This document shows positions 9,215 through 18,469 of a stretch of DNA of 64,000 nucleotides, one piece after another; position 1 is the first letter of the stretch, and each line of letters begins with the position of its first letter. The notes under the pieces are model-generated. The model did no database searches. It saw only the letters and a program-made list of their open reading frames with translations, and had not been told where the DNA came from. The stretch covers positions 41,150 to 105,149 of the forward strand of contig JBBTSV010000003.1 in assembly GCA_038064595.1 (NCBI GenBank). The letters are read 5' to 3'. Both the position numbers and the translations under genes were made by a program. The DNA comes from Patescibacteria group bacterium (GTDB lineage Bacteria; Patescibacteriota; Minisyncoccia; Phycocordibacterales; Phycocordibacteraceae).

Positions 9215-10045
9215 ATGATGAATTTCAAAGAGCGCTGCCTTGCTTTACGGAAGAAGGGGTACAGCATCACTGAAATCATGAGAGTGACTGGCAGGGCAAA
9301 AAGCTCCATCTATCTGCACGTAAAAGATATTCCACTCAGTGCAAAACGTATACAACAATATCGAATCGATTCAGGCAAAAGAATTAGAAAATATGCACTT
9401 GCTCGAAAAGGGAGAAGTGTTCGACCCGTCCGCCCGTTCACTGCATGGTCTGCCGACAGAGTGCTGCTTATCGCACACTTTCTTTTTGATGGAGAAATTT
9501 CAAGAGTGAGGTGCGCGTATAACAATCGTAGTGAAGCGCTTATTACACGCGTCGAAAGGCTGATGCGGGCAGAGTATGATTTCGAACCAAAACGATACCA
9601 AAACCCCCTCACAGGGGTATTCCGGATCAGTTATCACAATGTAGTTCTTGGTGCCTATATACAGAAAAAGTCCATAGAATTACTAAGGAGCATTAAGGGA
9701 ATGCCGCTCGATTTCAAGCGAGAGTTTGTGCGAGCATTTTTTGATGACGAGGGTTGTATGGATTTCCGGCCTAAAACAAACCACCGAAGGGTCCGAGGGT
9801 ACCAAAAAGAAGTTCACGTTCTGAAGATTGTTCGCGAACTGCTCGAGGAGTTTTCTATTGATTCGCATATTGAAATGCCAAATGAGGTCGTGATAGTAGG
9901 AAAAGATAATCTCCAACGCTTTGAACAGGAGATCAACTTTTCACCAGGGGTGTATATGAACGGTAATCGCTCAAATAGCCGATGGAAAAAGCATATGGAA
10001 AAAAGAGTACTGCTCAGGAGGGCTATAGAGTCCTTTAAGAGTTAG
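9215..10045 (+). CDS. HTH + double LAGLIDADG protein (homing endonuclease/WhiA-like)
   Basis: N-terminal GYSITEIMRVTGRAKSSI HTH; LIAHFLFDG and FVRAFFDDEG motifs; lower GC. Confidence 0.8.
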   Translation: MMNFKERCLALRKKGYSITEIMRVTGRAKSSIYLHVKDIPLSAKRIQQYRIDSGKRIRKYALARKGRSVRPVRPFTAWSADRVLLIAHFLFDGEISRVRCAYNNRSEALITRVERLMRAEYDFEPKRYQNPLTGVFRISYHNVVLGAYIQKKSIELLRSIKGMPLDFKREFVRAFFDDEGCMDFRPKTNHRRVRGYQKEVHVLKIVRELLEEFSIDSHIEMPNEVVIVGKDNLQRFEQEINFSPGVYMNGNRSNSRWKKHMEKRVLLRRAIESFKS

Positions 10046-11022
10046 TAGCTAAACGCATCTACCGTCCTGCCCTTGCTATCGAGCAGCTTCACCACCTCGT
10101 GGGTGGAGCGCCAGAGGGGGGCGGTGCGTCCGAGGTATACCCGCCATGTATTCCCTCTGAAGTCCACATCGCTACGGTGGGTCTCGACACAGCCATTGTA
10201 GTTCAGATATTTGATTGCAAAACTCTGACAGGCGCCAGAAATAGTGGTCGGGGGAGAAAGGACGACCTGGCAACGCGGGAGCGTATTGATGTAGTCAATG
10301 CAGTTTGGATCGCGGATATACCCACCCCCATAAAACGTGGTGAGCTCGGTAGACGGCAGGGGGCAGTTGTACGGGAGGCTTGGGGAGAATTTTTGGAACG
10401 TAGCATAGTACCCAATACACTTGTTTTCTCGGAAGGAGGCGCCGATTGGCGAATACCCTGAAATAATGATCGCACGTTCTCCGGGGGAGAGTACAATATC
10501 TTGAATCGCGTTCACTACTCCTGAAGAGGGGATGTCCGTCCCCTGGGGGATCGGTGCAGACTTACCGGTCGCCTCACTCAAGAGAGTCCATCCCGTTATA
10601 TCAACCGGTACCCCAGCGCCGGCCCCAACTGAAATCCAGGTAGACTCGTTTCGAGGATCTACAGAACCAGCGCCGGAGATCCCGTGGTTTATTGATACAA
10701 CACCTCGATAAGGAGACACTTCACCAAACGGAATACCACCAGTGAGGATCGGTACGGGCGCAGAACCACTCCCACTTCCCCCACTTCCCCCACTTCCTCC
10801 ACCAGAGTAGTTTCCGATACCCCCGCCTGAAGAGATATACGATCCACCCCCGACCGCTAAGGGTGCGCGCGGGAACCGGAGGTAGTTACCGCCACCAAGC
10901 TCCTCAGGGAGTGCGAGACGAGGTCCGGTGAAGGAAAGAGAGTTGAAAGGGCCGCCCGTGGCTGCCCAGATAAGGAAGATGAATACGAACACACCGATGA
11001 AAAACCATGCGTCATGCTGCAT
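10042..11022 (-). CDS. Membrane-anchored protein with Gly/Ser linker and lamin-tail-like domain
   Basis: N-terminal TM helix, GGSG linker, VDITGWTL and LLDSKGRTVD motifs, Cys cluster. Confidence 0.65.
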   Translation of the reverse strand: MQHDAWFFIGVFVFIFLIWAATGGPFNSLSFTGPRLALPEELGGGNYLRFPRAPLAVGGGSYISSGGGIGNYSGGGSGGSGGSGSGSAPVPILTGGIPFGEVSPYRGVVSINHGISGAGSVDPRNESTWISVGAGAGVPVDITGWTLLSEATGKSAPIPQGTDIPSSGVVNAIQDIVLSPGERAIIISGYSPIGASFRENKCIGYYATFQKFSPSLPYNCPLPSTELTTFYGGGYIRDPNCIDYINTLPRCQVVLSPPTTISGACQSFAIKYLNYNGCVETHRSDVDFRGNTWRVYLGRTAPLWRSTHEVVKLLDSKGRTVDAFSY

Positions 11023-11040
11023 AGAGAGATTGTAGCAAAT

Positions 11041-11583
11041 CTATCCAGATGAAAGGGCAGCTTTCAGACGACCATCTTTACCCACCACATTTTCAGGAAT
11101 AGCCTGAAGCGCTTTGCGCGCCTCGCGCTCGGTGTAGCCGAGGGCCACGAGGGTGTCGAAGACGTCGCCGTCGGCATCATCGTGCGCACGCGGACCAACC
11201 TTATCCGCGAGCTCCACCAGCATCTTCTCGGCGCTCTTCTTGCCGAGCCCCACCACCTTGGTGAGGTAGTTCAAATCGCGTTTGCCAATTGCTCCTTCGA
11301 GCGCCTCGCGCGACGCGCGACGGAGAACCCCCAAAGCGGTTTTAGTGCCCACCCCAGAGACCGAGAGCAGGAGCTCAAAGAAATCACGATCTGCGATGTC
11401 AGTAAAACCGTAGAGCTCGAGACCATCTTGTTTGAGCGCGAGGTGGGTCGCGAGCGACGCCTCTGTACCCACCGTAAGTGTCGCAGGGGAGCTCATATAG
11501 ACGACGATGCCGAAGCCAGCAATCTCAACAACGGCGCTTATGGGGCCGACGGAGAGAACCTCTCCACGAATTTGGCGGATCAT
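11041..11583 (-). CDS. ruvA: Holliday junction DNA-binding protein RuvA
   Basis: MIRQIRG, LYGF, LLSVSGVGTKTA, GLGKKSAEK, LVALGY. Confidence 0.95.
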   Translation of the reverse strand: MIRQIRGEVLSVGPISAVVEIAGFGIVVYMSSPATLTVGTEASLATHLALKQDGLELYGFTDIADRDFFELLLSVSGVGTKTALGVLRRASREALEGAIGKRDLNYLTKVVGLGKKSAEKMLVELADKVGPRAHDDADGDVFDTLVALGYTEREARKALQAIPENVVGKDGRLKAALSSG

Positions 11584-11638
11584 AGGAGTATCGTACCATC
11601 CTTGCGCTTCTTCGCTCTATACATTAGATTACGCGTAC

Positions 11639-11905
11639 ATGGCTATCACCAGCTCAGCAAAGAAGGCAGCTCGCGCAGCAGCGCGCAAGCACGTCTTTAA
11701 CCTGCGTCGCAAAGACGCACTCCGCGACACCACAAAGCTCCTCGTGAAGGCGCTTGCCGCCAAGGATGTCTCGGGAGCAGAAAAGCTCCTCCCGGCTGCC
11801 TATAAGGCTATCGACAAGGCTAAGAAGCGCGGAGTGATCAAGGCCAACACGGCCGACCGCAAGAAGGCCCGCCTTGCCGCCGCGCTCAAGCGCGCGCAAG
11901 GCTAA
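11639..11905 (+). CDS. rpsT: 30S ribosomal protein S20
   Basis: MAITSSAKKAAR...IDKAKKRGVIKANTADRKKARL. Confidence 0.95.
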   Translation: MAITSSAKKAARAAARKHVFNLRRKDALRDTTKLLVKALAAKDVSGAEKLLPAAYKAIDKAKKRGVIKANTADRKKARLAAALKRAQG

Positions 11906-11936
11906 ACGAAAAGCGCCCGAGAGGGCGCTTTTCGTT
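11905..11936. terminator. Bidirectional intrinsic terminator
   Basis: aacgaaaagcgccc-gaga-gggcgcttttcgtt. Confidence 0.85.
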
Positions 11937-11972
11937 GGGGCTGACCATTTCAAGTTTTTCTTTGGCGGCAAA

Positions 11973-12782
11973 TCATTCTGATTTTTCTTTTTGTTTCCGA
12001 ATCTGGTCTTTGAGTTCAAGCGCTCTCAACTCAACTTGTGCTCTTAGCCACGATGCAAAATTAAAGAGGGGAATTTCTTTAAGCCGCTCGACATACTCTA
12101 ACGCCTCCTCGTAATCCTCCGCCTTAATATGCTCATCAAGGGGTTTATTTAACCAATTTCTCACGTCATTATATCTTTTCAATTCTTCCCAACCCAAATA
12201 TCTCATCTCTCCCTGAAAGTCTTTAAGCAATTCACCATATTGAAGACGCGCTTCGGCTTCCTCTCGTGCGCGCTCTCTAACTCGAGAAGCTTCTTTAAGG
12301 GCCTCAGGTTCGCTCAATGGTTCCTGTTTGGCACGTCGCAGATAAGTTCTTTTGTAATCCTCCGCTTTCTGTATTCCAGTAGGAATCGGTCCCTCAATCC
12401 ATTCTTTACGCCTTTGTGCCTCATTAATCCAACGTTGATCAACAAGATTTCTTGTTTCTTGAACTAGCACGTCAAGTTGCTCATCGCTTATACCCAACTC
12501 TCTTCCAAAGCGTCGTTGGAAGCGTTCGCGTATTTGTTGCCGCTTGGTCTCAGTATGCTTTTCAAGTCTTTCTTCAGTGTCTTGATTTTCGATGTGCCGA
12601 CGCTCCTCACGATATTCATCGGAGTGTACATAATCGTGTCCCCGTTGCGCTTCTTGAGCTCTGCGGATAGATTCATCGCGATAAGGTTTTTCTGCATTGG
12701 CCATCCCCTCGGCCAATATCGGGTCGTCAACGCGCTCTTTGTCGCTCCCCTTTGGGTTGAAGTGTTCTGGCGATGTAGGCAT
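11973..12782 (-). CDS. Hypothetical charged, helical protein (lower GC)
   Basis: Probable start MPTSPEHF; the longer ORF-track start overlaps a tRNA. Confidence 0.6.
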   Translation of the reverse strand: MPTSPEHFNPKGSDKERVDDPILAEGMANAEKPYRDESIRRAQEAQRGHDYVHSDEYREERRHIENQDTEERLEKHTETKRQQIRERFQRRFGRELGISDEQLDVLVQETRNLVDQRWINEAQRRKEWIEGPIPTGIQKAEDYKRTYLRRAKQEPLSEPEALKEASRVRERAREEAEARLQYGELLKDFQGEMRYLGWEELKRYNDVRNWLNKPLDEHIKAEDYEEALEYVERLKEIPLFNFASWLRAQVELRALELKDQIRKQKEKSE

Positions 12783-12962
12783 ATGATTAAAAAAATTTCT
12801 TCCCCCAAAATTAAAATATGGTTCGAGCCGATGTTTTTCTCTGGGTTCTTTTGCGGCGGGGAGTATCTGTATTGTACCAAGCTCGAACCTACTTTCAAAA
12901 CAGATGACGTGCCACACACTTCCCACTATATGGCCTTGGGAAAGCCATGGAGTTTGTTGTTG

Positions 12963-13034
12963 TGCTCTCGGACGGAATCGAACCGTCATCGGCCCCTTCG
13001 GAGGGGGCTATCCTATCCGTTGAACGACGAGAGC
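12963..13034 (-). tRNA. tRNA-Arg(CCG)
   Basis: Reverse complement: GCTCTCG...GCCCC CT-CCG-AA GGGGC...GGTTCGATTCC...CGAGAGCA. Confidence 0.93.
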
Positions 13035-13126
13035 GACGTACCTATCCTAGCGCATTTTGTGGTCACGAATAATTTTCTCGACCCCGGCTCGCGGTTTTGC
13101 CTGCTGGCAAAACATCGCTGCGCCCG

Positions 13127-13174
13127 GCACCAAAGCATAAAACCTGCAGCAGTGCAGGTTTTATGCTTTGGTGC
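13127..13174. repeat. 22-bp perfect inverted repeat overlapping the 3' end of tRNA-Arg(GCG)
   Basis: gcaccaaagcataaaacctgca-gcag-tgcaggttttatgctttggtgc. Confidence 0.85.
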
Positions 13175-13243
13175 TCTCGGCAGGAATCGAACCTGCATCG
13201 TCAGCTCCGCAAGCTGATGTCCTATCCATTGAACGACGAGAGC
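13169..13243 (-). tRNA. tRNA-Arg(GCG)
   Basis: Reverse complement: TCAGC TT-GCG-GA GCTGA anticodon arm; CCA encoded. Confidence 0.92.
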
Positions 13244-13274
13244 GAAGTAGGGGAGCGCCCCCATTGAATGTATA

Positions 13275-13751
13275 TCAGAATCCGAGCCAGCTTGCTACCA
13301 GGTCGGTGAAGGAGTGCGTGTGCGCGCTCTCATCGACGTGGTGGAGAAAGTAGGCATATATCGCGTCTACGTCGACCCCGACGAGCGGGATGATTAAATG
13401 TGGTGAGAGCCAATTCTCTGTTTTAATCGAGAGCATGGGGGGGTATTCGTCCTCGATATCCTCAAGGACCGAAAAAGAAATCATCCGATCAAAGGGATGA
13501 AGCTCGTCGCCGATCATAAGACCTTGCTCAACAAGCTGGAAACGATGGATCGGTGGCTCCTTTGCCGCGTGGAGCGCGAGCGCCCCTGCGGCGACGATGA
13601 TTAAGAACGCAAGAAGAAGATTACCAAATAGGATCGCGGCAATAGTCGCCGCAGTTGCGACAATCCCTACGACCCAATACCAATCGGCATCCTTAGGATT
13701 ATGGTCGTACTCTCGCCCTTCCCACTCGAGGAGTGCTGCGCGTTCTGCCAT
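13275..13751 (-). CDS. Conserved hypothetical membrane protein
   Basis: LEWEGREYDH..K..DWYW followed by two TM helices; start taken at MAERA. Confidence 0.75.
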   Translation of the reverse strand: MAERAALLEWEGREYDHNPKDADWYWVVGIVATAATIAAILFGNLLLAFLIIVAAGALALHAAKEPPIHRFQLVEQGLMIGDELHPFDRMISFSVLEDIEDEYPPMLSIKTENWLSPHLIIPLVGVDVDAIYAYFLHHVDESAHTHSFTDLVASWLGF

Positions 13752-13821
13752 AGTCCTATGATAGCAGACGCCGCGTTGGCACCTCGCCCGTATGCACAAT
13801 GGAGATCAGTTAGCTTCAGTG

Positions 13822-13906
13822 CGGAGAGGGTGAGATTCGAACTCACGGTACCTTTCAGTACGCTTGTTTTCAAGACAAGTGCCATAGACCACTCGGCCAC
13901 CTCTCC
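13822..13906 (-). tRNA. tRNA-Ser(TGA)
   Basis: Reverse complement: GGAGAGG...CTTGT CT-TGA-AA ACAAG with a long variable arm. Confidence 0.95.
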
Positions 13907-13943
13907 TTGGCGCACTCGTGCTTTATAGCATACACTTTATTCT

Positions 13944-14360
13944 ATGCGCTATCTCGGTATCGATTATGGGAGTTCGAAGGTCGGTCTCGCGCTCTCTGAC
14001 GAGGGCGGCATGATGGGGTTCCCGCACTCTATCCTCACCAACACCCCGAGTCTTCTTGAGGAGCTCTGTGCGCTCATTGTGAGGGAGCAGGTGGGCGCGG
14101 TGGTTATGGGGGAGTCGCGCACACTTGCCGGTGGGGAGAACCCGATTATGCAGGCGGCGCGCGAGCTCGGTGACGCGCTCACGGTGCGCGCAGGCGTGCC
14201 GGTCTACTATGAGTCAGAGGTCTTCACGAGTGCCGAGGCGCGCCGCGCGCCAGCCAAAGAGAAGAAGACCCGCGCGCCCTTGGCGCGCGGGGCAGTGGAC
14301 GCCTCGGCTGCCGCACTCATCCTTACCAGCTATCTCTCCCGCACCCATGGACCCCATTAA
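13944..14360 (+). CDS. ruvX: RuvX/YqgF pre-16S rRNA nuclease
   Basis: MRYLGIDYG..KVGLALSD, E.FTS, VDASAAALIL. Confidence 0.92.
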   Translation: MRYLGIDYGSSKVGLALSDEGGMMGFPHSILTNTPSLLEELCALIVREQVGAVVMGESRTLAGGENPIMQAARELGDALTVRAGVPVYYESEVFTSAEARRAPAKEKKTRAPLARGAVDASAAALILTSYLSRTHGPH

Positions 14361-14721
14361 AAATACAGACAGTTCTAATGGGGCAGGTAAGCCCCGTATT
14401 TCAATTGATGAGTTTAGCAAAATTGAGGTTCGGGTCGGGACGGTGGTGAGCGCCGAGCGTGTCCCTGAGACCGACAAGCTTTTGCGACTCATGGTTGAGT
14501 TTGGTGAAGCGAGCGGCCCTCGCCAGATTGTGTCGGGCATCGCGGCGTACACCACGCCGGAGGCGCTTCCTGGGCGCCAGCTCGCCTTTGTGACCAACCT
14601 CGAGCCACGCGTAATTCGCGGACTTGAGAGTAACGGTATGCTCTTTGCCGTTGGATCAGATGATACGTTTGCGTTTCTCACGCCTGACCGGAATGTGCCG
14701 CCAGGCACCAGTGCACACTAA
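14347..14721 (+). CDS. Stand-alone tRNA-binding OB domain (MetRS C-terminal/Trbp111-like)
   Basis: ISIDEFSKIEVRVG, DKLLRL, RQIVSGIA, NLEPR..RGLESNGM. Confidence 0.9.
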   Translation: MDPIKNTDSSNGAGKPRISIDEFSKIEVRVGTVVSAERVPETDKLLRLMVEFGEASGPRQIVSGIAAYTTPEALPGRQLAFVTNLEPRVIRGLESNGMLFAVGSDDTFAFLTPDRNVPPGTSAH

Positions 14722-14761
14722 GAGGCACTAAGAGACGTTGCGCGCACGCTATACTGTGTGC

Positions 14762-15862
14762 ATGGCATCTGTTTTGAGTGAGCGACTCCGTATCGCTTTT
14801 GCGCCGCCGCGCTATCTCGCACTTCCCTATGCGGGCATCGACCTCTCTGCAAGCGGCGTAAAGGCTGTCCGCCTCCACCGGAGACCAGAAGGACTTGTTC
14901 TCGCGGGTTATACAGCAGAAACGCGATTCGCCCCCGGGGCTTTTGTAGATGGCGAGATCATTGACCGTGCTGCGGTAGTTGAAGCGCTAGGAACCGCAGC
15001 ACACATGACAGGAATTACTGCTACCAACGCAGCACTTCCGGAGTCAAAATCATATTTGTTTGAGACGGTCGTACCTGGGGCACGCCGATCAGAGTGGCGC
15101 GTTGCAGTCGAACAGCAGCTCGATGAGCTTGTCCCCTTGCCCCCAACCGAAGCGGCGTTTGATATTATCGGAGTACGAACAGTAGAGCAGGGCGGGATGC
15201 AGATCGCCGGTGTCGGATTTGCGCGTCGTATTGTAGACAACACCATCGCAGCATTTGATGAGGCGGGAGTAGAAGTTCGGGCTCTTGAAGGGGAGCCGTT
15301 TGCAATGGCGCGCGCACTCCTCCCCACGGGAGATACTTCCACCACACTCATCATCGATATTGGGAAGACGACCACCAAGCTCACTATTGTGGTGAATCGA
15401 ATCCCGCGATATGCCGCCACGATTGGCATCGGAGGTCACGCACTCACGCTTGCGGTACAGAAACACTTTGGAGTGACTGAAACTGAAGCACGAAAAGTAA
15501 AGGCGGATCGGGGCATTGTCCCCTCGCCCGGGAATGAAGATTATCTTGCAGCGATGCTTTCAACCGTCTCTGCTATTCGTGACGAGATCGCTCGCCGCTT
15601 GCAGTTTTGGCAAGATCACGCAACCACTGAAGGGAAGCACGAACCGGTTATCCAAGCGATTATTGCGGGAGGGAATGGGTCGGTGCGGGGTCTCCCTGAA
15701 TACCTCGAAGGGTCACTTCATGTACCCGTGATGACCGGTGACGTATTCACCAACCTCGCATCACGCAATGACTGGATCCCTGAACTCGATTACCGCGAGT
15801 CGCTCGCCTACGCCACAGCCATCGGCCTCGCGCTCCGTGACGCTACCAATACCTATGAATGA
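14762..15862 (+). CDS. pilM: Type IV pilus assembly protein PilM
   Basis: GIDLSASGVK, IIDIGKTTT, IGGHALT, AGGNG, AIGLALR (actin-like fold). Confidence 0.9.
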   Translation: MASVLSERLRIAFAPPRYLALPYAGIDLSASGVKAVRLHRRPEGLVLAGYTAETRFAPGAFVDGEIIDRAAVVEALGTAAHMTGITATNAALPESKSYLFETVVPGARRSEWRVAVEQQLDELVPLPPTEAAFDIIGVRTVEQGGMQIAGVGFARRIVDNTIAAFDEAGVEVRALEGEPFAMARALLPTGDTSTTLIIDIGKTTTKLTIVVNRIPRYAATIGIGGHALTLAVQKHFGVTETEARKVKADRGIVPSPGNEDYLAAMLSTVSAIRDEIARRLQFWQDHATTEGKHEPVIQAIIAGGNGSVRGLPEYLEGSLHVPVMTGDVFTNLASRNDWIPELDYRESLAYATAIGLALRDATNTYE

Positions 15863-16418
15863 CGAGTTGACCAACCTCCTTCCGCTCGAGCGCCAGAAGG
15901 CCCTTCGGCGCAACTATTTTCTTCGCTTTTTTGTTGTCAGCGCATGGATGACGACCATTCTCGTTATGGTAGCAGGGATTCTTCTGATACCCACCTACGT
16001 CTTCCTCACCCGAAGTTTTGGGGCGAAACAGGCCCACCTCGCGTCTCTTACGTCAGCTGTCTTCTCTGCAGATGAAAAAAACCTCTCAGACCAGATTGCG
16101 TCTCTGACACAAGATGCAGCAGCACTGACGACATTTAATACAGCGGTATCGATGGGAACGCTCGTTGCCAGTCTCCTGAACGTAACACGCCCAGGCATCG
16201 TCCTGAGCGGGATTAGTTACACACCGGCAAGCGCCACAAAGAAGAACATGGCAACCACCATGACACTCTCGGGTACGGCGGCTACGCGCGAAGCACTCCG
16301 GAGTTATCAACTCGCTCTACAAGGAGCGCCGGGGGTAAGTACGGTTGTGCTCCCCGTGTCAGCGTATGCGCAAAGTAGTGATATAGCTTTTTCAATCACA
16401 CTCACTCTCGCGCCATGA
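15855..16418 (+). CDS. PilN-like protein
   Basis: NLLP motif followed by a TM helix, directly after pilM. Confidence 0.7.
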   Translation: MNDELTNLLPLERQKALRRNYFLRFFVVSAWMTTILVMVAGILLIPTYVFLTRSFGAKQAHLASLTSAVFSADEKNLSDQIASLTQDAAALTTFNTAVSMGTLVASLLNVTRPGIVLSGISYTPASATKKNMATTMTLSGTAATREALRSYQLALQGAPGVSTVVLPVSAYAQSSDIAFSITLTLAP

Positions 16419-16945
16419 GACCTCCTCTCACCAATGCCGTGCTCACCCTCCTCCTATTTCTCGCGGTGGGTACGGGATATCACTTCTGGTATGGCGCTAT
16501 AGAGGACAAGAGCGCCTCGGTTGCAGAGCTCGAGCGTCTCATTGTCTCCAGTACAGAGACTGAAGCGCGTATCGCTGCCGCACGAGCATCGCTCGCGGGA
16601 GTAGCAGGCGCAGAAGGGAACGTTCAAGACTACTTTGTAACTGATTCACGCGTTGTTTCTTTTATTAACGCCCTCGAATCAAGAGGCACCACACTCGGCA
16701 CGACGGTTAAGGTGCTCTCGGTTGCCAAGGGCACCACCGGAGGACGTCCAATGTTCACTTTTTCACTGGCGATCAATGGAACCTTTGACGCCGTGATGCG
16801 GACGGTGGGCGCAATTGAGAACGCTCCGTATGCAGTAATGGTCACCAACTTTGGCATCAGGCACCAAGAGCAAACACAATGGGGCGCTGACCTCACCCTC
16901 TCGGTCGGCTCAACAGCCTCGATAACCGCTACCAGTACGCCATGA
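16415..16945 (+). CDS. PilO-like protein
   Basis: TM helix + coiled coil + GTFDAVMRTVGAIEN; operon position. Confidence 0.65.
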   Translation: MRPPLTNAVLTLLLFLAVGTGYHFWYGAIEDKSASVAELERLIVSSTETEARIAAARASLAGVAGAEGNVQDYFVTDSRVVSFINALESRGTTLGTTVKVLSVAKGTTGGRPMFTFSLAINGTFDAVMRTVGAIENAPYAVMVTNFGIRHQEQTQWGADLTLSVGSTASITATSTP

Positions 16946-17253
16946 ATACCACCACACACCGCATCGTAGCCTCGCTCAAGCGACTCCGTCGAAGCTCGTA
17001 CGAGGACCCAGAACGGGGGTGGGTGATTCTTATCACGCTCGCCGCCATTGTACTCGCGGGAATTATCATTTGGGATATCTGGGCGTTTGACACGGTTGCA
17101 AAAGGCGGGGTGATTGGTAGAAGGGTAGCGAGCACCACCCCGGCATTTGACAGTGCCGTGATAGATAAGATTCAGGGTATTTTTGACACGCGCGCTGCAG
17201 AGGAGGCGAAATATATAACCGGCGCATACCACTTTACTGACCCTTCGCAATAG
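16942..17253 (+). CDS. Small pilus-operon membrane protein
   Basis: Single TM helix, C-terminal DPS; overlaps the previous stop codon. Confidence 0.6.
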   Translation: MNTTTHRIVASLKRLRRSSYEDPERGWVILITLAAIVLAGIIIWDIWAFDTVAKGGVIGRRVASTTPAFDSAVIDKIQGIFDTRAAEEAKYITGAYHFTDPSQ

Positions 17254-17280
17254 GGGAGAAGTGGAGTAGGGTAGAAGGAG

Positions 17281-17355
17281 GCCCCCATAGCTCAATGGAT
17301 AGAGCAGCGGACTTCTAAGCCGTTGATGTTGGTTCGATTCCAGCTGGAGGCACCA
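17281..17355 (+). tRNA. tRNA-Arg(TCT)
   Basis: GCCCCCATAGCTCAATGGATAGAGC...CT-TCT-AA...GGTTCGATTCC...CCA. Confidence 0.9.
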
Positions 17356-17371
17356 GGAGTATACTAGCAGT

Positions 17372-18469
17372 ATGCACACCCCCCGTTTTTATCACTCCAA
17401 GGCCGCGCTTCCCAAGGGCGCGCGCGTGAGAGATACGTTTGATGGCGCAGTTGATGAGCTCTTTTTTATCGAGCATCCAGCAGTGAGTAAACAAGATTCA
17501 CGTGCACCAGAACTTCTTAAGAAGTTTCGTGCACGCAGAAAAGTCTCCAGTCTCTGGGTCTACTATCCATGGCTCCATACTGCGGTGCGGATCCCATCAC
17601 AAACATTCTATGAGCATTTGCGGACAGCACGGAACCGCAATCTGATTCGTCCCGAAGAGCAGAAAAAATTTCGCCAGTCTATTGTGGGTGTGGCAGGACT
17701 TTCAGTCGGGTCAGCAGTGGTTGCCTCGCTTGTCGCGACAGGCGGACCACGTCGGTTGAAGATTGCTGACCCAGATACGATTGAGATCACCAACCTCAAT
17801 CGTATGCGCGCCACACTCGCCGATGTGGGAGAAAACAAGGCAGTGGTTGCGGCGCAAAACGCATGGGAAATTGATCCGTTTGCACAGATCGAGGTGTGGG
17901 ATAAGGGCATCCAAACAGAGACGGTAAAAAAGTTCATCACTGCCAAACCAACTCTTGATGTGTTTGTTGACGAGATGGACGATATTCGTATGAAAGTAGA
18001 AGCACGCCTCGTATGTAAAAAAGCACGTATCCCGGTGGTGATGGCGACCGACAATGGCGACAGTATCATTGTTGACGTCGAGCGTTTTGATCAAGAGCCA
18101 AGCCGCCCGCTCTTTCATGGACGGGTGACACTCACGCGAGCGGAGATGGCGACGATGACCCGGAGCCAATTCGTCGCACTTTCAACGAGGATTATCGATC
18201 CTGCACACCTCACCACTCGCCAACAAGAATCGATACGCGCTATTGGTTCTGAACTCGCGGGCATTGCACAGCTCGGGACGGCGGCCGCCCTTGCTGGGGC
18301 CGCAGTGAGTTATGTGGTACGGCGCATTGTATGCGGTGAGCCGCTCCCGTCGGGGCGCTACTCGATGGGATGTGAACCAACATTTATCCCTGGTTACCTG
18401 AGCGCGCGCGAAAAACAGAAACGCACACGCCACACCCGCGCATTTGTGGGAGGGCTCGGAGCACACTAG
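17372..18469 (+). CDS. ThiF/E1-like adenylyltransferase (Rv1355c-like N-terminal half)
   Basis: WVYYPW, RTARNRNLI..EEQ, VGVAGLSVG, ADPDTIEITNLNR, DVERFD. Confidence 0.85.
   Translation: MHTPRFYHSKAALPKGARVRDTFDGAVDELFFIEHPAVSKQDSRAPELLKKFRARRKVSSLWVYYPWLHTAVRIPSQTFYEHLRTARNRNLIRPEEQKKFRQSIVGVAGLSVGSAVVASLVATGGPRRLKIADPDTIEITNLNRMRATLADVGENKAVVAAQNAWEIDPFAQIEVWDKGIQTETVKKFITAKPTLDVFVDEMDDIRMKVEARLVCKKARIPVVMATDNGDSIIVDVERFDQEPSRPLFHGRVTLTRAEMATMTRSQFVALSTRIIDPAHLTTRQQESIRAIGSELAGIAQLGTAAALAGAAVSYVVRRIVCGEPLPSGRYSMGCEPTFIPGYLSAREKQKRTRHTRAFVGGLGAH

Noticed and set aside
10765-10805. Short tandem repeat (ccccacttc units)
   Set aside because: It encodes the Gly/Ser linker of the lamin-tail-like protein and is ordinary low-complexity coding sequence.
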